NCBI GenBank assembly: GCA_002633005.1
Contig: NMRA01000267.1
Location: forward strand, 1-64,000
Length of the DNA: 64,000 nt
Reading direction: 5' to 3'
From: Phoronis australis
Taxonomy: Eukaryota; Animalia; Phoronida
This document shows, in pieces, positions 50,009 through 64,000 of this stretch. The translations under genes were made by a program, and so were the position numbers. The notes below the pieces were generated by a model. The model did no database searches. It had not been told where the DNA came from and was given only the letters and a program-made list of their open reading frames with translations. The number at the start of each line of letters is the position of its first letter. Positions within the stretch are counted from its first letter, which is position 1.

Positions 50009-52387
50009 TTAACAAAGTAGGCTCTAATGCTTCCAGATAGGATGAGTTTCTATAAATGAAGGTTAAATGTGAAAAACTGCCAGGATTGTTGTCAGTAGTT
50101 TGTATAGTATCAGTGATAAACAGTCTTGTCAAAAACAATAGTCATCTTCAGACAATAAGCTGACTTCTTCCAAATGCTTAGATTTCAAATCTGGCAGTAG
50201 TTAAATATCCTGGTTGAGTTCAAAGTCTAAAAATAAAGGAAACTTAATAATGGCATCAAACCACAAAGGAAATTGATTAACTATTTAATGAAAAACACTT
50301 GAAGCTTGAAGAGAGTGCACAGAGTTCTTCATAAAACATGTAAAACACATACACGGCTGTTTAAAATTATAAATGTAATCGTACAACACCACCAATTTAT
50401 TATACATAGTAGTTGACCAAGAATGCCTCGACTATTTGTAATTATTTTCAGTATAAATAGATACTTAAAAATAAAGATGACACTATCTTTTAACTCCAAG
50501 ATGATCCAGACATTCAAAAAGTGCTATCAGGAAAAAACAGTACAGGCAGCACTGTTTAGATGTTTGTGAACATTTAACCCTATTTTCCAACCACTGACTA
50601 TAAACAAGAAGTACTAGGCAACTAAAGGGACAGTCTACTAAACAATGACTGTCAAAGGTTTGATTGTACTTTTGTGTTGGCATAACAAATATGTTGGCAC
50701 CGGGTGGTCTACAGTGGGGGAATACAAGGAACCATTTTAAAGAAATACATCAAGGTCATGCAGTTTAATAAAAAATTATCAATTTTGAAAATCCTAAAAC
50801 ACTCTTGTTTATATCTACTGAGCATAAGGTTACAGCAATTTTCCAATTAAAGAGTATTGATATGCCCAAATAAGTAATGTACAGGTATTTGAATGTCTTT
50901 TTCTGTCCTTACATATGGCAAACTCCTGGTAGTTGGTAGTTTAAGCAAAGGAATCTGTCCCTGACATGCCTCCTATAATAAATCTTGTACTGGGCATATT
51001 TTACCCAGGTCAACAATTTTAGGATAAACATAGACAAGGTAACGTTTTTCTGTGAAATTCAGAAGGGAACACATCCCTTATATAGCAAAATCTAAAGCAT
51101 GTTTCATATCTATTGTATTTTATTTTCTATGAACAAAGTTTATTATTATTATTATAATCTGAATTCTTTTAATGAATGTTAGAAAATCTGAGTTNCTTTA
51201 ACAAAGTAGGCTCTAATGTTTCCAGATAGGATGAGTTTCTACAAAATGAAGGTTAAATGTGAAAAACTGACAGGATTGTTGTCAGTAGTTTGTATAGTAT
51301 CAGTGATAAACAGTCTTGTCAAAAACAATGGTCATCTTCAGACAATAAGCTGTTCTTCCAAATGCTTAGATTTCAAATCTGGCAGTAGCTAAATATCCTG
51401 GTTGAGTTCAAAGTCTAAAAATAAAGGAAACTTAATAATGGCATCAAACCACAAAGGAAATTGATTAACTATTTAATGAAAAACACTTGAAGCTTGAAGA
51501 GAGTGCACAGAATTCTTCATAAAACATGTAAAACACATACACGGCTGTTTAAAATTATATTAATGTAATCGTACAACACCACCAATTTATTATACATAAT
51601 AGTTGAACAAGAATGCCTCGACTATTTGTAATTATTTTCAGTATAAATAGATACTTAAAAATAAAGATGACACTATCTTTTAACTCCAAGATGATCCAGA
51701 CATTCAAAAAGTGCTATCAGGAAAAAACAGTACAGGCAGCACTGTTTAGATGTTTGTCAACATTTAACCCTATTTTCCAACCACTGACTATAAACAAGAA
51801 GTACTAGGCAACTAAAGGGACAGTCTACTAAACAATGACTGTCAAAGGTTTGATTGTACTTTTGTGTTGGCATAACAAATATGTTGGCACCGGGTGGTCT
51901 ACAGTGGGGGAATACAAGGAACCATTTTAAAGAAATACATCAAGGTCATGCAGTTTAATAAAAAATTATCAATTTTGAAAATCCTAAAACACTCTTGTTT
52001 ATATCTACTGAGCATAAGGTTACAGCAATTTTCCAATTAAAGAGTATTGATATGCCCAAATAAGTAATGTACAGGTATTTGAATGTCTTTTTCTGTCCTT
52101 ACATATGGCAAACTCCTGGTAGTTGGTAGTTTAAGCAAAGGAATCTGTCCCTGACATGCCTCCTATAATAAATCTTGTACTGGGCATATTTTACCCAGGT
52201 CAACAATTTTAGGATAAACATAGACAAGGTAACGTTTTTCTGTGAAATTCAGAAGGGAACACATCCCTTATATAGCAAAATCTAAAGCATGTTTCATATC
52301 TATTGTATTTTATTTTCTATGAACAAAGTTTATTATTATTATTATTATAATCTGAATTCTTTTAATGAATGTTAGAAAATCTGAGTT
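50009..52387. repeat. Segment pair 50009-51194 / 51196-52387 around N 51195
   Basis: About 1.2 kb near-identical copies; junction at the N. Confidence 0.88.
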
Positions 52388-52996
52388 AAAACGTCTTTCA
52401 AGAAGCTACTTTTAACCCAAACATCTTTCAGTGATAATTGCTATCCCACAATCTGCAAAAGTGTTTAATGAAAAAAGTAAAGGCTGATAAAGATTACAGT
52501 TCCCACCTGTGTTTGACACCTTGGCCCAAATCAAAATCTTACATACCATAATCAACCCTGTTAAAATCAGCAACATCTGATTTGGTTTAAGGTTTGTACC
52601 AATATCAGACTTTTCCTGTTGGCCCTCTCTAAAGTAATGCGAGCACATAAATGATTTTCGTTTGATCCAAACTTAACGGTAGATTCGGTAGGCATGGTTT
52701 CAAAAATATTGCTTCGTTAATTTAAAAAAACAGAGGACTAAATCCCACAGTCAGTCTCGCCCATTGTTTGATTAGGTTAAGTCCACTAATTTATTTTAGC
52801 TTTTTGACCTCAGCAAAAATCAAAATTGTCCTGCTTTATAAGTTGCAGATGACTGACTTCACAGCTGCGGAAATGTATGAAACCCAATGCCCTTCATCCA
52901 TGGATATTTCAAGCGGTTTCCCTTTTCCCATACGCCATCAGTAAACCCCACCCAACAGCAGCGCATGTTTATAGGCATTGCGATAGCAGGAAGGTG

Positions 52997-53440
52997 TTAA
53001 AACGCTGTTTATAGTGTTGTTTACACCGCAAAAATTGACACGGATCAGCTGACACAGAACCTCGTTCCAGTGTGTAAACGGCACTGACACAGAGCAAATT
53101 GACACCGCGGTGACAACTTTTGCCACCCGTTTGGTAGGTAGAGCAATTTGCGCTCGAACATCTTGCTCCGTGTCAATTATATGTCCAAACGCATAACTGG
53201 GGCAAGGCGGAAAGGATCACCTCTACTGCGCTTGCCTAATGACCTATGTATGGGATCTTTGTCTCTGCAACTCTCGTCATTTGTAAACCTGCGCATGTGC
53301 GATCCAGTCTCTCCAGCCTGCAATTTCTGTCTTGCCACAGTTAGTGAGTTGTGTGAGTAAACGGACGGACGCTTGACACCAATCAATTTGCTTCGTGTCA
53401 GTTACGCTGGACCAAAAGTTGATGTCTAAAGGGGACTTAA
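52997..53440. mobile_element. Second copy of the 33297-33727 repeat
   Basis: Same orientation, clearly alignable along its length; TTAA at both edges. Confidence 0.7.
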
Positions 53441-55852
53441 ACCAGTGCAGTAAGTTGAAACCTCCCATCCTCATTACATGGGATCTGTAGGTGGTTCTGA
53501 ATGTCTGTCCACCAAAGACCTGATCGCCATCTGATGGGACAGTGAGTTTCAATATGGTGTTTCTATTATTACTATTATTATTATTATTATTATTATTATT
53601 GTTGCTGTTGTTATTATTATTTCAAAAATCAACAACTAAATGCCTTTGTTTGACTTATGTTTTTATTGCTGAGAACACTTAACTCCACTCCAAGTTCAAT
53701 GATCTTGCCCAATCCACTTATCAAGTTGATCTTAAAGTTGAACAGGCTCCCAAGATACTAGTCTGTGAGCAGCCACTTGAAATAAGAAGTTGGAAACCAT
53801 TAGAATGGTTATGGGGAGAGAAACTTGACACCATTCACTCAACTATCAAGTGGGATCTTTGTTGTGGAAAATAAATTTTGAAGCATCCATATGGCTGGGG
53901 GATAGAGCTTCAGTGTGGGCTGCAGGAGAACACCAATTCTTCAACAATTCAGCATGTTTCAAGATGAACGAAAAGAATTTTCGTCAAAATTCTCGACAAA
54001 ATTCAAAACGCAAAGAAAATTTATTCTTTGTACAGCTAGATCTGTACAGCTACCAAGAATCAACATTTGGTAAACTTTGATTAACTACAGCCATGTGCAC
54101 AGCCTGAAAATCAAAAAATTTTGTCCAAAAAAATTTGTGCAACAGCAGTAATACCTAGCCCAGCACAGCCATGGAGCAACTCAGGTAGTTGATCGCACGG
54201 CAAAGTGCACTGTGCAATGAAATATTGATTCTTTTAAGAAAGTTGGCTTGGACTCTGATTCATAACATGTCATCATTACACGTCAACAGTTGCTGAAGAA
54301 ACTGACAGCTTTAACAGAGTATTCTGTAGTAGGAAACTATCATAACTAAATGTGAATACCTGTTTCTGACACTAGCATAAATAATGAACAACTTTATCAC
54401 TATTTTTGAAAAACAATTATATTCGAACCGGGTTAACTAAAAAAAGTGGGTATGCTTTAAATCGTTCCCATATTAGTAACGTTCGATAAACACTGTTGCC
54501 TGCATTTCAATGCAAATCACCAATTAAGGGGACTTAAGGACAATCTCAGCAATTCTTTTCAAAAAATAAAGTAAAAGTCAGGGGATTGGACAAGTAACAA
54601 GAAGTCATCCTCACAAATCAAACAGTTAAGTACATCAATCCAACTATACTGATTTTCAGAATGTTCGCAAATCAAATCAACAAAAACAATGATGAAATAC
54701 ATGGCTAAATTCTCTAGAGACATTCAGTAGCCTACCTTGTATAACCAATCTATCGTCCTGATATCAGTTTTCAGGAAAAAATAAATAAGGGACCAATCCA
54801 GCACAAAATGTTTAGTTTTTTTAAATTTTAGTTTTCTGTCTGCATTTTGTCAAAAAAAGAATTGTTAATCCAACCATTACAAATGTTGGCCTTATCGTAT
54901 TTAACAGTTTATAATTTACAAAATCTACTAAGCAAGACTATGGTAGAATTCCTGCCTAAATGTCCAGCACTAAATGTAGAAAATTGGTGTGCAGTATATA
55001 TCTCAATATATCACATGCTGAACTACCACTAAACAGATAGAAAGTTGGAAGCAGCTGTGTCCAGCAAGCATGTGTTATAGTGTATATATACAGTGGGTGG
55101 GTAGTTCCCAAATGAAAACACTTCGCCAGTAAATTGAAGTCACAGGGTGTAAATCCAAACACACTAAAGTCTTATGAGCCCAGAGTTTGATCTTCAAACC
55201 AGTCATGATGCATGATTTGGGTACAAATTTGTAAGTTTACTCAAAGAGTGCCCCCAGAATTGGTCAATTTTCAAATCGAGCTTCGATTACAGTGATGAGA
55301 CACAGGGTCCTGGTATCAGGGATCATTTTAGAAAAATGTGACTATCGGTCAATTGACCTACACAGCCTCAATCTAAGGGCTAATGTGGAAGATCTATTGG
55401 TTACGGTATTTTGTCCTTCTTGGGTTTGATTATTGGGGGCACACATTCATAACTGTTCTTCGTGACTCTTTCAAAGTGGCGATACAGCCTGTTTGTCAGC
55501 ACAGGCAAAACTTTTGAATGTACCCCTGACCTGTTTAAATCCCACCTAGCACATCAGGATTTCAGTGGAGAGAAGCATTGCTGTGCGCTGCATGCTTGTA
55601 AATGCACAAATGTCATCTCTTTGAAACTAAGCTGTCAAAAGTTTTTAAATATAAAAAGTTATTACGTGTAGTGCGCTGCTGAACATTACTGTTGACGTAC
55701 AATGACAGCAAGGCACACTTAAAGTCCTTCTCTCACGCGTTGTGAACCCTTATTACATGGTTAGAAGATGTTATAAGGATCCAAGAAGTACCTACCCCAT
55801 AACTAATACACGATCCGTACTCGAAAACAGTTTAAATGAACGCGCCACTCAC

Positions 55853-55905
55853 GATTCGCACCCGAAGAAACACCGCCATTTTGAACTTGCCGCGAACCCG
55901 GAAGT
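55853..55905 (-). promoter_or_regulatory. Probable TSS/first exon of a minus-strand gene (likely prominin)
   Basis: YY1-type AAAATGGCGG on minus (55873-55882), ETS-type CCGGAAGT (55898-55905), GTGAGT donor right after 55853; locally CpG-rich. Confidence 0.5.
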
Positions 55906-56370
55906 ACAATTCATTCAGGAACCCAGGCCGAGAAAACTCCGTCAGTGCGACTGGAGCAGTGCCTGTACTGTTACCAGCCAGCAAACGGGGATAAAAAAAT
56001 CGACAGTGCGCCTTAATTTTGATAAAATCAAACTACGAACAATTTTATGGAATTTGCTGAAGAAATGTGGCGAATAAATTTTGACAGAAATTATTTTGCC
56101 AGACTCGGGACCGCAGCCTATCGGACCCGGTGCGGATCGAGACCAGACACTGGCGAACGGTAAATGCATGCGGTTGCAAGCTGTTTTGTCGAAGTAAAAT
56201 GGTCAAATGATAAATGCTGCACATATTCAAGGGTAGTTTCAGACACTTGCATGAAATCACGGGCTGGTTAGTCCTGTGTCACACTGCCACGGCAGACCTT
56301 AGTTAGCCTCAGTCACCAGCTACCAGTGAAGACTATAGTCAAAATACAGCTTGTTAGTAGGCCTACACAG

Positions 56371-56521
56371 CCTCGCGTTCAGTAGCGCTAGGACCTCGCT
56401 AAGAAGCAAGACTTCGCGAGATTACGTGAGATATTGCCGTGTATTTTAAATGAGAACATGTGACTTTGACTAGGATTTTGCAAGGTCCTAGCGTAGGTCC
56501 TAGCGTCTACTGAACGCACGC
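56371..56521. mobile_element. Small foldback/MITE-like element within the promoter region
   Basis: Inverted arms GCGTTCAGTAG-CGCTAGGACCT and AGGTCCTAGCG-T-CTACTGAACGC. Confidence 0.5.
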
Positions 56522-57299
56522 CAGCTTTGCGCCAAGACTACCCTTAGGCCTAACTGGTCGCTGGCCACAAACACAAAAAACACGAAAATTGAACAAAGTT
56601 TCTTTTTTGTAGCAACGTTTGTCAAAATGTATCAACGTTAAATCTTCACAAATTACAAAGTAGCCGATTGAACATGCCTTTCAGTTCAGCAAAAGTCGAC
56701 ATTGTAGGTGCCGCCAGAAATGAGACGAAGTCCAACGGGAATTGTGAGCACATTTATCTCTTAATGAGTAACAACTGTGAGGCTGAAATTTGGTGAACAC
56801 TGTTGAATCGTGCAGAATAGTAAGTAAAGATATGTCTAACTAAATTTCACCGTAATTTGTTGGCGAAAACAATTTACACAAAGTTTTAAACTCGTAACTT
56901 ATCCCGCTGTCCTCCAATATGGCCGACGCGATCCAAACAAAGTGACCCAAATTTCGCCACAAAACTTGCAATAACTTTACACTGCTTGCCCCGATTTTGA
57001 TACTTTTTCGATTTTTACTGAGTAGAATGTACTACCTTTCCGATGAAAGTAAAGTACTTTTTCAAAACGAGGAAAAAAATAAAACCGAAAAAAAATTGGT
57101 TCGATCCATATTGGTTCCTAGGTTCGGCCCGCCTACGTAAGGAACTAAACACCAATGCTATTTTAACATACGTAAGTACGCGTAACATTCCAAAAAAATC
57201 AACGACCACTAACTACAAACTATAAAGACACTACATATGCAAACGAATCACGATATATTACTAATAAAACAAAATAATTAAGACTTTTCGAGCAAGCCG

Positions 57300-57420
57300 T
57301 AGCACATTCAGTTACAAGGAAAAAATGGCGGCGTTCAGGACAAGTTCCTGAGCTGATGAGCCGGAAATGTAGGTACGGAAATAACCGATGGCAACCGGTA
57401 ATCATACGCTCAGAGAGAAG
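57300..57420 (+). promoter_or_regulatory. Probable TSS of a divergent plus-strand gene
   Basis: AAAATGGCGGCG (57322-57333), CCGGAAAT (57361-57368), CpG-rich; no downstream coding exon recognised in the window. Confidence 0.4.
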
Positions 57421-60374
57421 GGTCAAATACTGTTAAAAAATCGATTTTGGCAAGAAAGGCGAAAATAATATAAAGAAAGGGTGTCGAAAATAAGAATTTA
57501 TGTAGTAAGTATTTTCGGATACTAGAACCACATGGGCAGTTTGCAACAAGGACTTTAAGGTAAGTACAACCTCAAGTGCATCAACACTACAGAGAACATC
57601 AACCACCATGTGCTACCAGTACATTAGTTGACGTTTTTGCTTCCGACAAGTGTGTTTTCAGCTGCAGAGAACACATTTTCTCCCGTTTTCATGTGCGTGA
57701 TTTTGTCTGATACCTTGGAATGTTATACTATCAGTGACTAATTGTGTTTCAATTTTATGGAACAATTACCATCAACAGGTACCACAGAACCGAAACTTAA
57801 TAAATCTACTATGGTAAATGTTCATCATATTTCCATCTTAACTTTTACGAGGAAAGTAATTTGAGAAGCCAAACATTCGGGTGTCACCAATTTTAGTCCA
57901 CAACATTTGGTGAAAATTGTCTGATTTGGGACAGTAAAAATTTAATTATTTTGCTCAAGGTTACAATTAGTACAAAATTATAGAAATAGCCAATAAAGGT
58001 CATCCCAAATTCAGCAATTATGATCAATTATAAATGATCATTAATGTCAAAGTTACACCATGGGGGCTTCACAAAAACGCTGCTTTGGCTGTTATTTCAG
58101 ACGACTTTATGCACTGTCAAGACCTACCATGATGATCTCTTCTCATGTCCTGATCTTTAAAATTCAGAAAATTCAATACCGTCTTTAATTTCGCTATCCC
58201 AAATTTTAGAGACTGTCCAAATCTGGAGAATTTTTACAGCATCAAATTATTTTCACCACTGCTTAATTGCAGTGATGTCAAGGCTAATGCAGCTGCTCTG
58301 CTCCACACAAAAAGACCCCAGATCAGCATTCCCCGATAAACAGGCTTCTTGACATGGTGATTCTAATACAAATCTACTGACTAAGTACAAGGTGCCTTAA
58401 AATAGGCCAAGTTTTTTATTGACAAATGGTCTGGTCATGATGAGACATCACCAGACAGAATATACACAATTCCCTAGCTGCTAAATGAAACATTTAGTTT
58501 CCCAACAGACTAGGTAATTAATACCTAGACCAGCCAAAAGTGTGTGTGAATAATACTGGAATACAGTCCTGGTAATGACACATTATCAAATTTATATTAA
58601 GAGCTATTAAGCAAGAACTTTCATTTCATTAGCATAGCCTGATGTGTGCAAACAGAAAACATTATGCGTTCTAAGATAAACGAAGTTAAACACCATGCTA
58701 AGTCCACAGAATTAAAGGGTTTGCATGTTCTAACCATAAACCTTATTCTACAAACATTAAATTTTATTAGGGTCATTAACATGTCTTGAAAAATATAAGT
58801 AACCCAGGTCGACACTTTAAATGATATTGCAAGCAGGATAAATTGGCTTGGCCAGCTTTAGCGTGTTCAAAAAGGCATTTGTAATAGTTTGTGTTAAAGA
58901 AAAAAGTCATGCAAATTAAACTCTGGGACACAGGAGCATTTATTTCAGTAAAAAGATAAGAAATGTTAGATGCCAGTTCACAATACCTTTTATCAGATAG
59001 CAGAAAAGAAGTAAGATTCCCTAGAAACCAAGGGTCATGATGACGCACTATCAGCTGTCTCACTATCAGTTTTGTCCCATTTCTTTACAGGGCAGTCATG
59101 GTTAACCGCTAGAAGAAATCAGAGTGCTGCCCTAGGTAACATAAGGAGTAGCCAGTCAGAACTGGAAAAGGTAGAGATGCTGAGAGATAGGAGCACAGCT
59201 CATCCAACAACTGAACAGTTTTCAAATATGATTTTTCAGTTTCATGACTGATGTGGCTTCTGATAAGATGGCAAGTGAAAGTTGTATTAAATGTTGCAAA
59301 TACAGTCATATTTGTTTTGGCCAGTTTGTTTCTCCACTTGTGTCACCTGATTAGACTATTGTAAACTTTTGTCTTGAGAATGGTAATTATAGACAATAAA
59401 CCGAAACGTCGATCACTATGTTGTTGTGTACATATGCGCTGATTTTAAAGTTCAAGCTACACTCATATTTGGTAACACACTTAAAAATAAAGAAAGGGTG
59501 ACAATGGCAGAGAAATCTGTAAAAGACAAAATACAAAATCTTCTTAGATAAGATCTGTTTAAGGCCCGATTTCTCTAGACAATAAACTTAGTCCAAAAAC
59601 AGAAATACTTTTAAGTAGAAATAACACTGAACTTGTAGGAAATGCGAATAGTTAATGCGTTATCTTTAATGCCTGTGCTAAAGAACATCAGTTGAAGTAA
59701 AAATCAGGCAGCACAAGCAATAGTGCTACATGTTCAAGGATACTAAAATTTGAGTGTCCCAAGAACTGTTTTCAGGTACATGTCTGTGATGATAATGAGT
59801 AAATGATCAGTTTACACTAGAAATCAGTATCTTACCAATTCCTAGGTTTAACAGTTTTAGAAACTGTAGTTAATAGGAATTGACACCTAGAATGGGTGCC
59901 CAACCCCAGGTGACATTGACTCAGTGTCATACATGCAAGGAGGAAGTAAACGGGTGACCTGCTAGCAAAGCATACAGTCATTGGACAATGATCCAGAGGG
60001 AGAATAGAGCTATCAGATGAAGGGAGAATAGCCTTCACAACAGCCTCTATGGAAACTCCCTTCATATCACCAACATTCCTCAAAGGTCTTTCTCACAAAT
60101 GTCAACACTTTGCTTCCCTGTTTAGGAAAGAGCTGGTCCGTGGGACTGAAATTTGGCCCTTGATCAGTCTTGAATCGAGTGTTAACTACCGAAGCTAAAC
60201 CGAAAGCTCAAGTTTACATAGACACTTTGTTAGATGGTTTAACTTCGTGGGAAAAGACCATAAATTTGGTGTTTAGTTGTAAAACATTTCCTATCACTGA
60301 TCTGACAGTGTAGAAACCAAATGCTTAACCTACTGCAGCTTGCCAACCCAAACTTGGATTTTGTTTGTGAATTA

Positions 60375-60533
60375 CCGTAAACTGGCGGGTCAACGCCCAC
60401 GCCCGTGTAATCGCCCATCCCCGACTTGGTCAAGTTTTGGTTTTAAGCGCCCACTGCTTGGGTAATCGCCCACCTCCCTGCCAAAGGTTTTCCCAATTTA
60501 AGCACCCAAGGCCTTAACTGGGGGAGTTTACGG
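60375..60533. mobile_element. Tc1/mariner-pogo-type MITE
   Basis: TA-flanked TIRs CCGTAAACT / AGTTTACGG with internal TAA(T/G)CGCCCA repeats; similar motif at about 23110-23180. Confidence 0.5.
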
Positions 60534-61444
60534 TACTCTTATTTTCCCATTAGACACTGTCCGCCTCATTAACCAGCACAGAGGTGGATGTGGGATTATC
60601 CTCATGTCAGTTGGGATATTTTCAAAATCATTTAAACTTGAAAAGCCGAATACCACACAAACTATTCTTCACGTTTGAGTCAGTACAGCAAAAACAAAAT
60701 CTTCCGAGACTAGCTAAGTGTTTTAAGTAATCTCCTACAACAATTTTCATATAAAACAATATTAAGAAATAGATAACATAGCTTTCATATTACACTGACC
60801 ATCCCAATAGACATAACACCTGTTCCCCCTAAGTTGGGAACGCAAACCAGTGTCACTATTTTTAGCAACATACATACAGTTTATCAATTAAAATATCCAT
60901 GATAATGATAATAAAGTTGGCAGTAGTGGATTTAGATGGGTGCTAAAGAGGACATTACACACAAGCCCAAAATTCTCCAATATGTATTTTCTCTCTCTAC
61001 AGACCAATAGAAAGTGAGCTAAATGGACAGCAAAGTGGCCTGCATATTGGTTAATCACTTTTATTGAGCAAACAGGAATGACAGACATAGACTGGGTTCA
61101 ATAATGAGTCAGGACATTATGTTTGCCTAGTTGAAGTGATTTATCAAACCAAGATGTGGGCCCTTTGCTAGGCCATTCACATCATATGCTATTATTCTGT
61201 GGATATTAAGTATTCACCAGGCCAACAATGATAAACATGGAACGTATCTGACAAAATATAAACCTTTTGAATGCACCTTGTGAAATCAAAAACAACTGAG
61301 CTCTTCTTCCAATGTCAATGGCACAAACAGCATTAAGCCCAACATAGATGCAGGCATTCACCTTTAATTTTGCTATAAATTGGAGATGGACGCTAACCCA
61401 AGTGAGGGTGTATAACAATGAAAATGTTTGGAAACAAATTGCAG

Positions 61445-61617
61445 TGTTGGTCGTGGTGGTGGTCGTGGTGTTGGGCAAGGTGAGTGTTGGGCACGGTGGC
61501 AGTGTTGCGCATGGTGGTGGTGATGTTGGGCACGGTGGCGGTGTTGGGCACGTTGGCGGTGTTGGGCATGGTGGCGGTGTTAGGCATGGTGGTGGTGTTA
61601 GGCATGGTGGTGGTCGT
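61445..61617. repeat. GT-rich ~18-bp degenerate minisatellite
   Basis: Unit GTGTT(G/A)GGCA(C/T)GGTGG(C/T)G, about 7 copies, preceded by (GTG)n. Confidence 0.85.
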
Positions 61618-64000
61618 TAAACAGAGCATGGTCACTGACCTGGCAAAGTAGTTGGTCACATCTGGATTTCAATGTTGGTCAGGGGTAGTCAAGGCAATTC
61701 CTACAGTAGGCGTCACATGAACAGATGTACATGTAGCCCTATAAGGATGAGAATGTAACCCCCAACTTCCTAGATCCCCTTGCTAATACAGTGCTGTACA
61801 TAAAGCTCTTCACAACACATACTACATATTACATAGCCGTATTAGCCAGATGATGTTGTATGTCAGCAACTCTCAGGCTATACATGTATGTATCATAATT
61901 TGTAAATTGAGCTGTCTAGGAAAGAGGTGTTGAAATGCTGATACCAACCAATAACAAAGGTTCTAGAAATAACTCTTTGAAGTGCTGTGACGGCAAAAGA
62001 AGCAATCGATTCCTACTTGATCCAACTTCAAATGCTGGTATGCAAGACTGGCCGAGTAGGCAAGAAAGAACAACATTTCTTTCACTACCGCATATTTGGC
62101 GATGTTGGATTCATTTTGTGTGTAAATTATTTGTTATATCCTAATGTACTATCCAAATCCAGCTGCACAGCAATGGCACCCTGGTAGTATGATAATGGCA
62201 AATAATTTATAAAAAAGGCTCTAAAATCTCACAGCTTTCAGTAACAAGTGAAAAGACTTATTTCACCATGACGCTGATGTATTGGAAAATGACTATTAAT
62301 ACAGCACACACACCTTTTCACTTATCAACCATGACTTATTGTGACGTGACAAAGCACTCGTGTGAAAACAATACTCAACTTCCTCAAGTCCATTCACCAG
62401 AGGGTGCCCTACCTCATCAAAGATTTCTGAAACACCCTCCACAAACAAAAAGCTGTCAAAACTGTCTGAAACAAGGTTCGAAAAAGAATCCAATTACAGC
62501 TCTATTGGGAGCATTTAACATGTTTGCTGCATGCGAAAAATGTTTATAAGATACAAATTTTTCCTCAATGTTTTATCCTTAAAATGAAATTATTGGTGAG
62601 AAAAACCTTTTTGAGATCAGTCCTAAAAACTGAAACTCCCATTGCAGTCACACAATCTGCAGGCTGGGCTAAATCCCACTCGGTATTTGGAATTGTATTT
62701 CAAGTATATTTAACTAGTTAAGTCACTGACATTGATTTCAGAGAACGTCTGACAGACAACAGTGAGAAATGGCTATTGGTAACAAAATCACAAAAGCAAA
62801 ATGAAATTTATTGTTTTATTACTCTGGTCAAAACTAACAACTTCGAAAATTTTACGCAATCAACAATTCCAAAATTGCATTTTCCATCTTAAAAACGATA
62901 ATGTTCCTTTGAATGAACAGTTTCAATATTTCAATTTGCTCACTGAACAACAATAGCATCATGAGACTTCTCACAAAGAAGCCAAGCAGCAAACAAAGTA
63001 AAACCTTCCTCTTAAATATGCCATACTTTCAAAGCCCATGGCTGAAAGGAGTACACACATGCAATAAAGATTCTAAAAATGACATGCCACTTTTTCCGAA
63101 AGACTTCTGAAGGGCTCTTTTTGGATGCAGTCACTTTGGCAAAACAAACGGAAATCCTGGACTGGAGTTGTTGGCTGGAATGTGGAGAGTGTGGTATTGG
63201 GTATTGTCTCTGTTACCCATTTCCCTATTGCACAGGTATTGTGTTGTTTTAGAGTTTTGAATGAGCATCCAATAAGTGGACTAGAACTCACGGAATCATT
63301 TCGTAGCAGATGATACAATTAGAACTTCGGCCCACAGTAGGACAGGACTCCTTAAATATCCCAGTTCAAGACTAGGTACAAAAACTAGGTACAATGTAAC
63401 CATTGATGACTGAAACAGCCTGTCCTTGGTGCTGCTTTGTACCCAGAAAAAAGTGAAGTTCGTGTACGTATACATGCCCATTCATAAATCTCAGAGACAA
63501 TTTGCATTTATTTCTGTCAAGACTATATATTCAATTGTGATTTGGATACCAGTTAGGACCAGTTTGTATTTATCTAACATGTGTACTGGGAAGATCCTTC
63601 TTCAGGATTTTGCTCAGCTGATGGACACGAGAATGACCTTATTAATAAGCTGGGAAGAGTTATCTTTTGTTTGTCTATGAAGTCATACAATTAGCTGCCC
63701 AGCCCAATTGAAATATGGCAACATTGGTCAACAAACCATCTTGTTGAATAGGGAAATCTGCAAGATTTTACAGTCACATCCGGAACATCGACCCTCCCAT
63801 TTTGTGAAGGTACAAAAATGAATTGTGACACTGGCCTACTTTTCCAAGATAAGGTTACATACTTAAATTGTAACACGCTGGTATTAGATTAGAATGATGA
63901 AGAATGAACTAAATTTGAAATTTAAGCCAGGGAACAGAGAACAATAGTGAGAGCAGTGTACTCCCAAAGAGCAGCATTAGTTGAAGGAAATTACCGTTAA

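Noticed and set aside
57553-57570. AAG|GTAAGT as first donor of the plus-strand gene
   Set aside because: Ambiguous: TTAAGGTA... also resembles the end of a TTAA-targeting DNA element, and no downstream exon could be linked.

Overview
Eukaryotic, AT-rich, intron-rich genomic DNA from an invertebrate animal (inferred from exon/intron structure and repeat types). Almost all ORF-track entries are chance ORFs. The main content is a minus-strand prominin (CD133-family pentaspan glycoprotein) gene. I reconstructed 22 GT-AG exons between 35677 and 3317 that splice in one continuous frame (2257 nt, about 751 codons); the signal-peptide exon and the stop exon were not securely located. A CpG-enriched, probably bidirectional promoter lies at about 55.8-57.4 kb. 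Five single-N joins occur (19362, 29972, 38989, 47010, 51195); four sit between near-identical segment pairs that look like uncollapsed allelic haplotypes and give filled/empty comparisons for transposon insertions. The most striking element is a young non-autonomous Helentron-type (HINE/DINE-1-like) family with three copies. Its internal ~450-bp higher-order satellite carries one co-oriented CTCF-consensus motif in every ~145-160-bp subunit. Also present: a Harbinger deletion derivative with a CAG TSD confirmed by the empty allele, Penelope GIY-YIG remnants, several MITEs and minisatellites.
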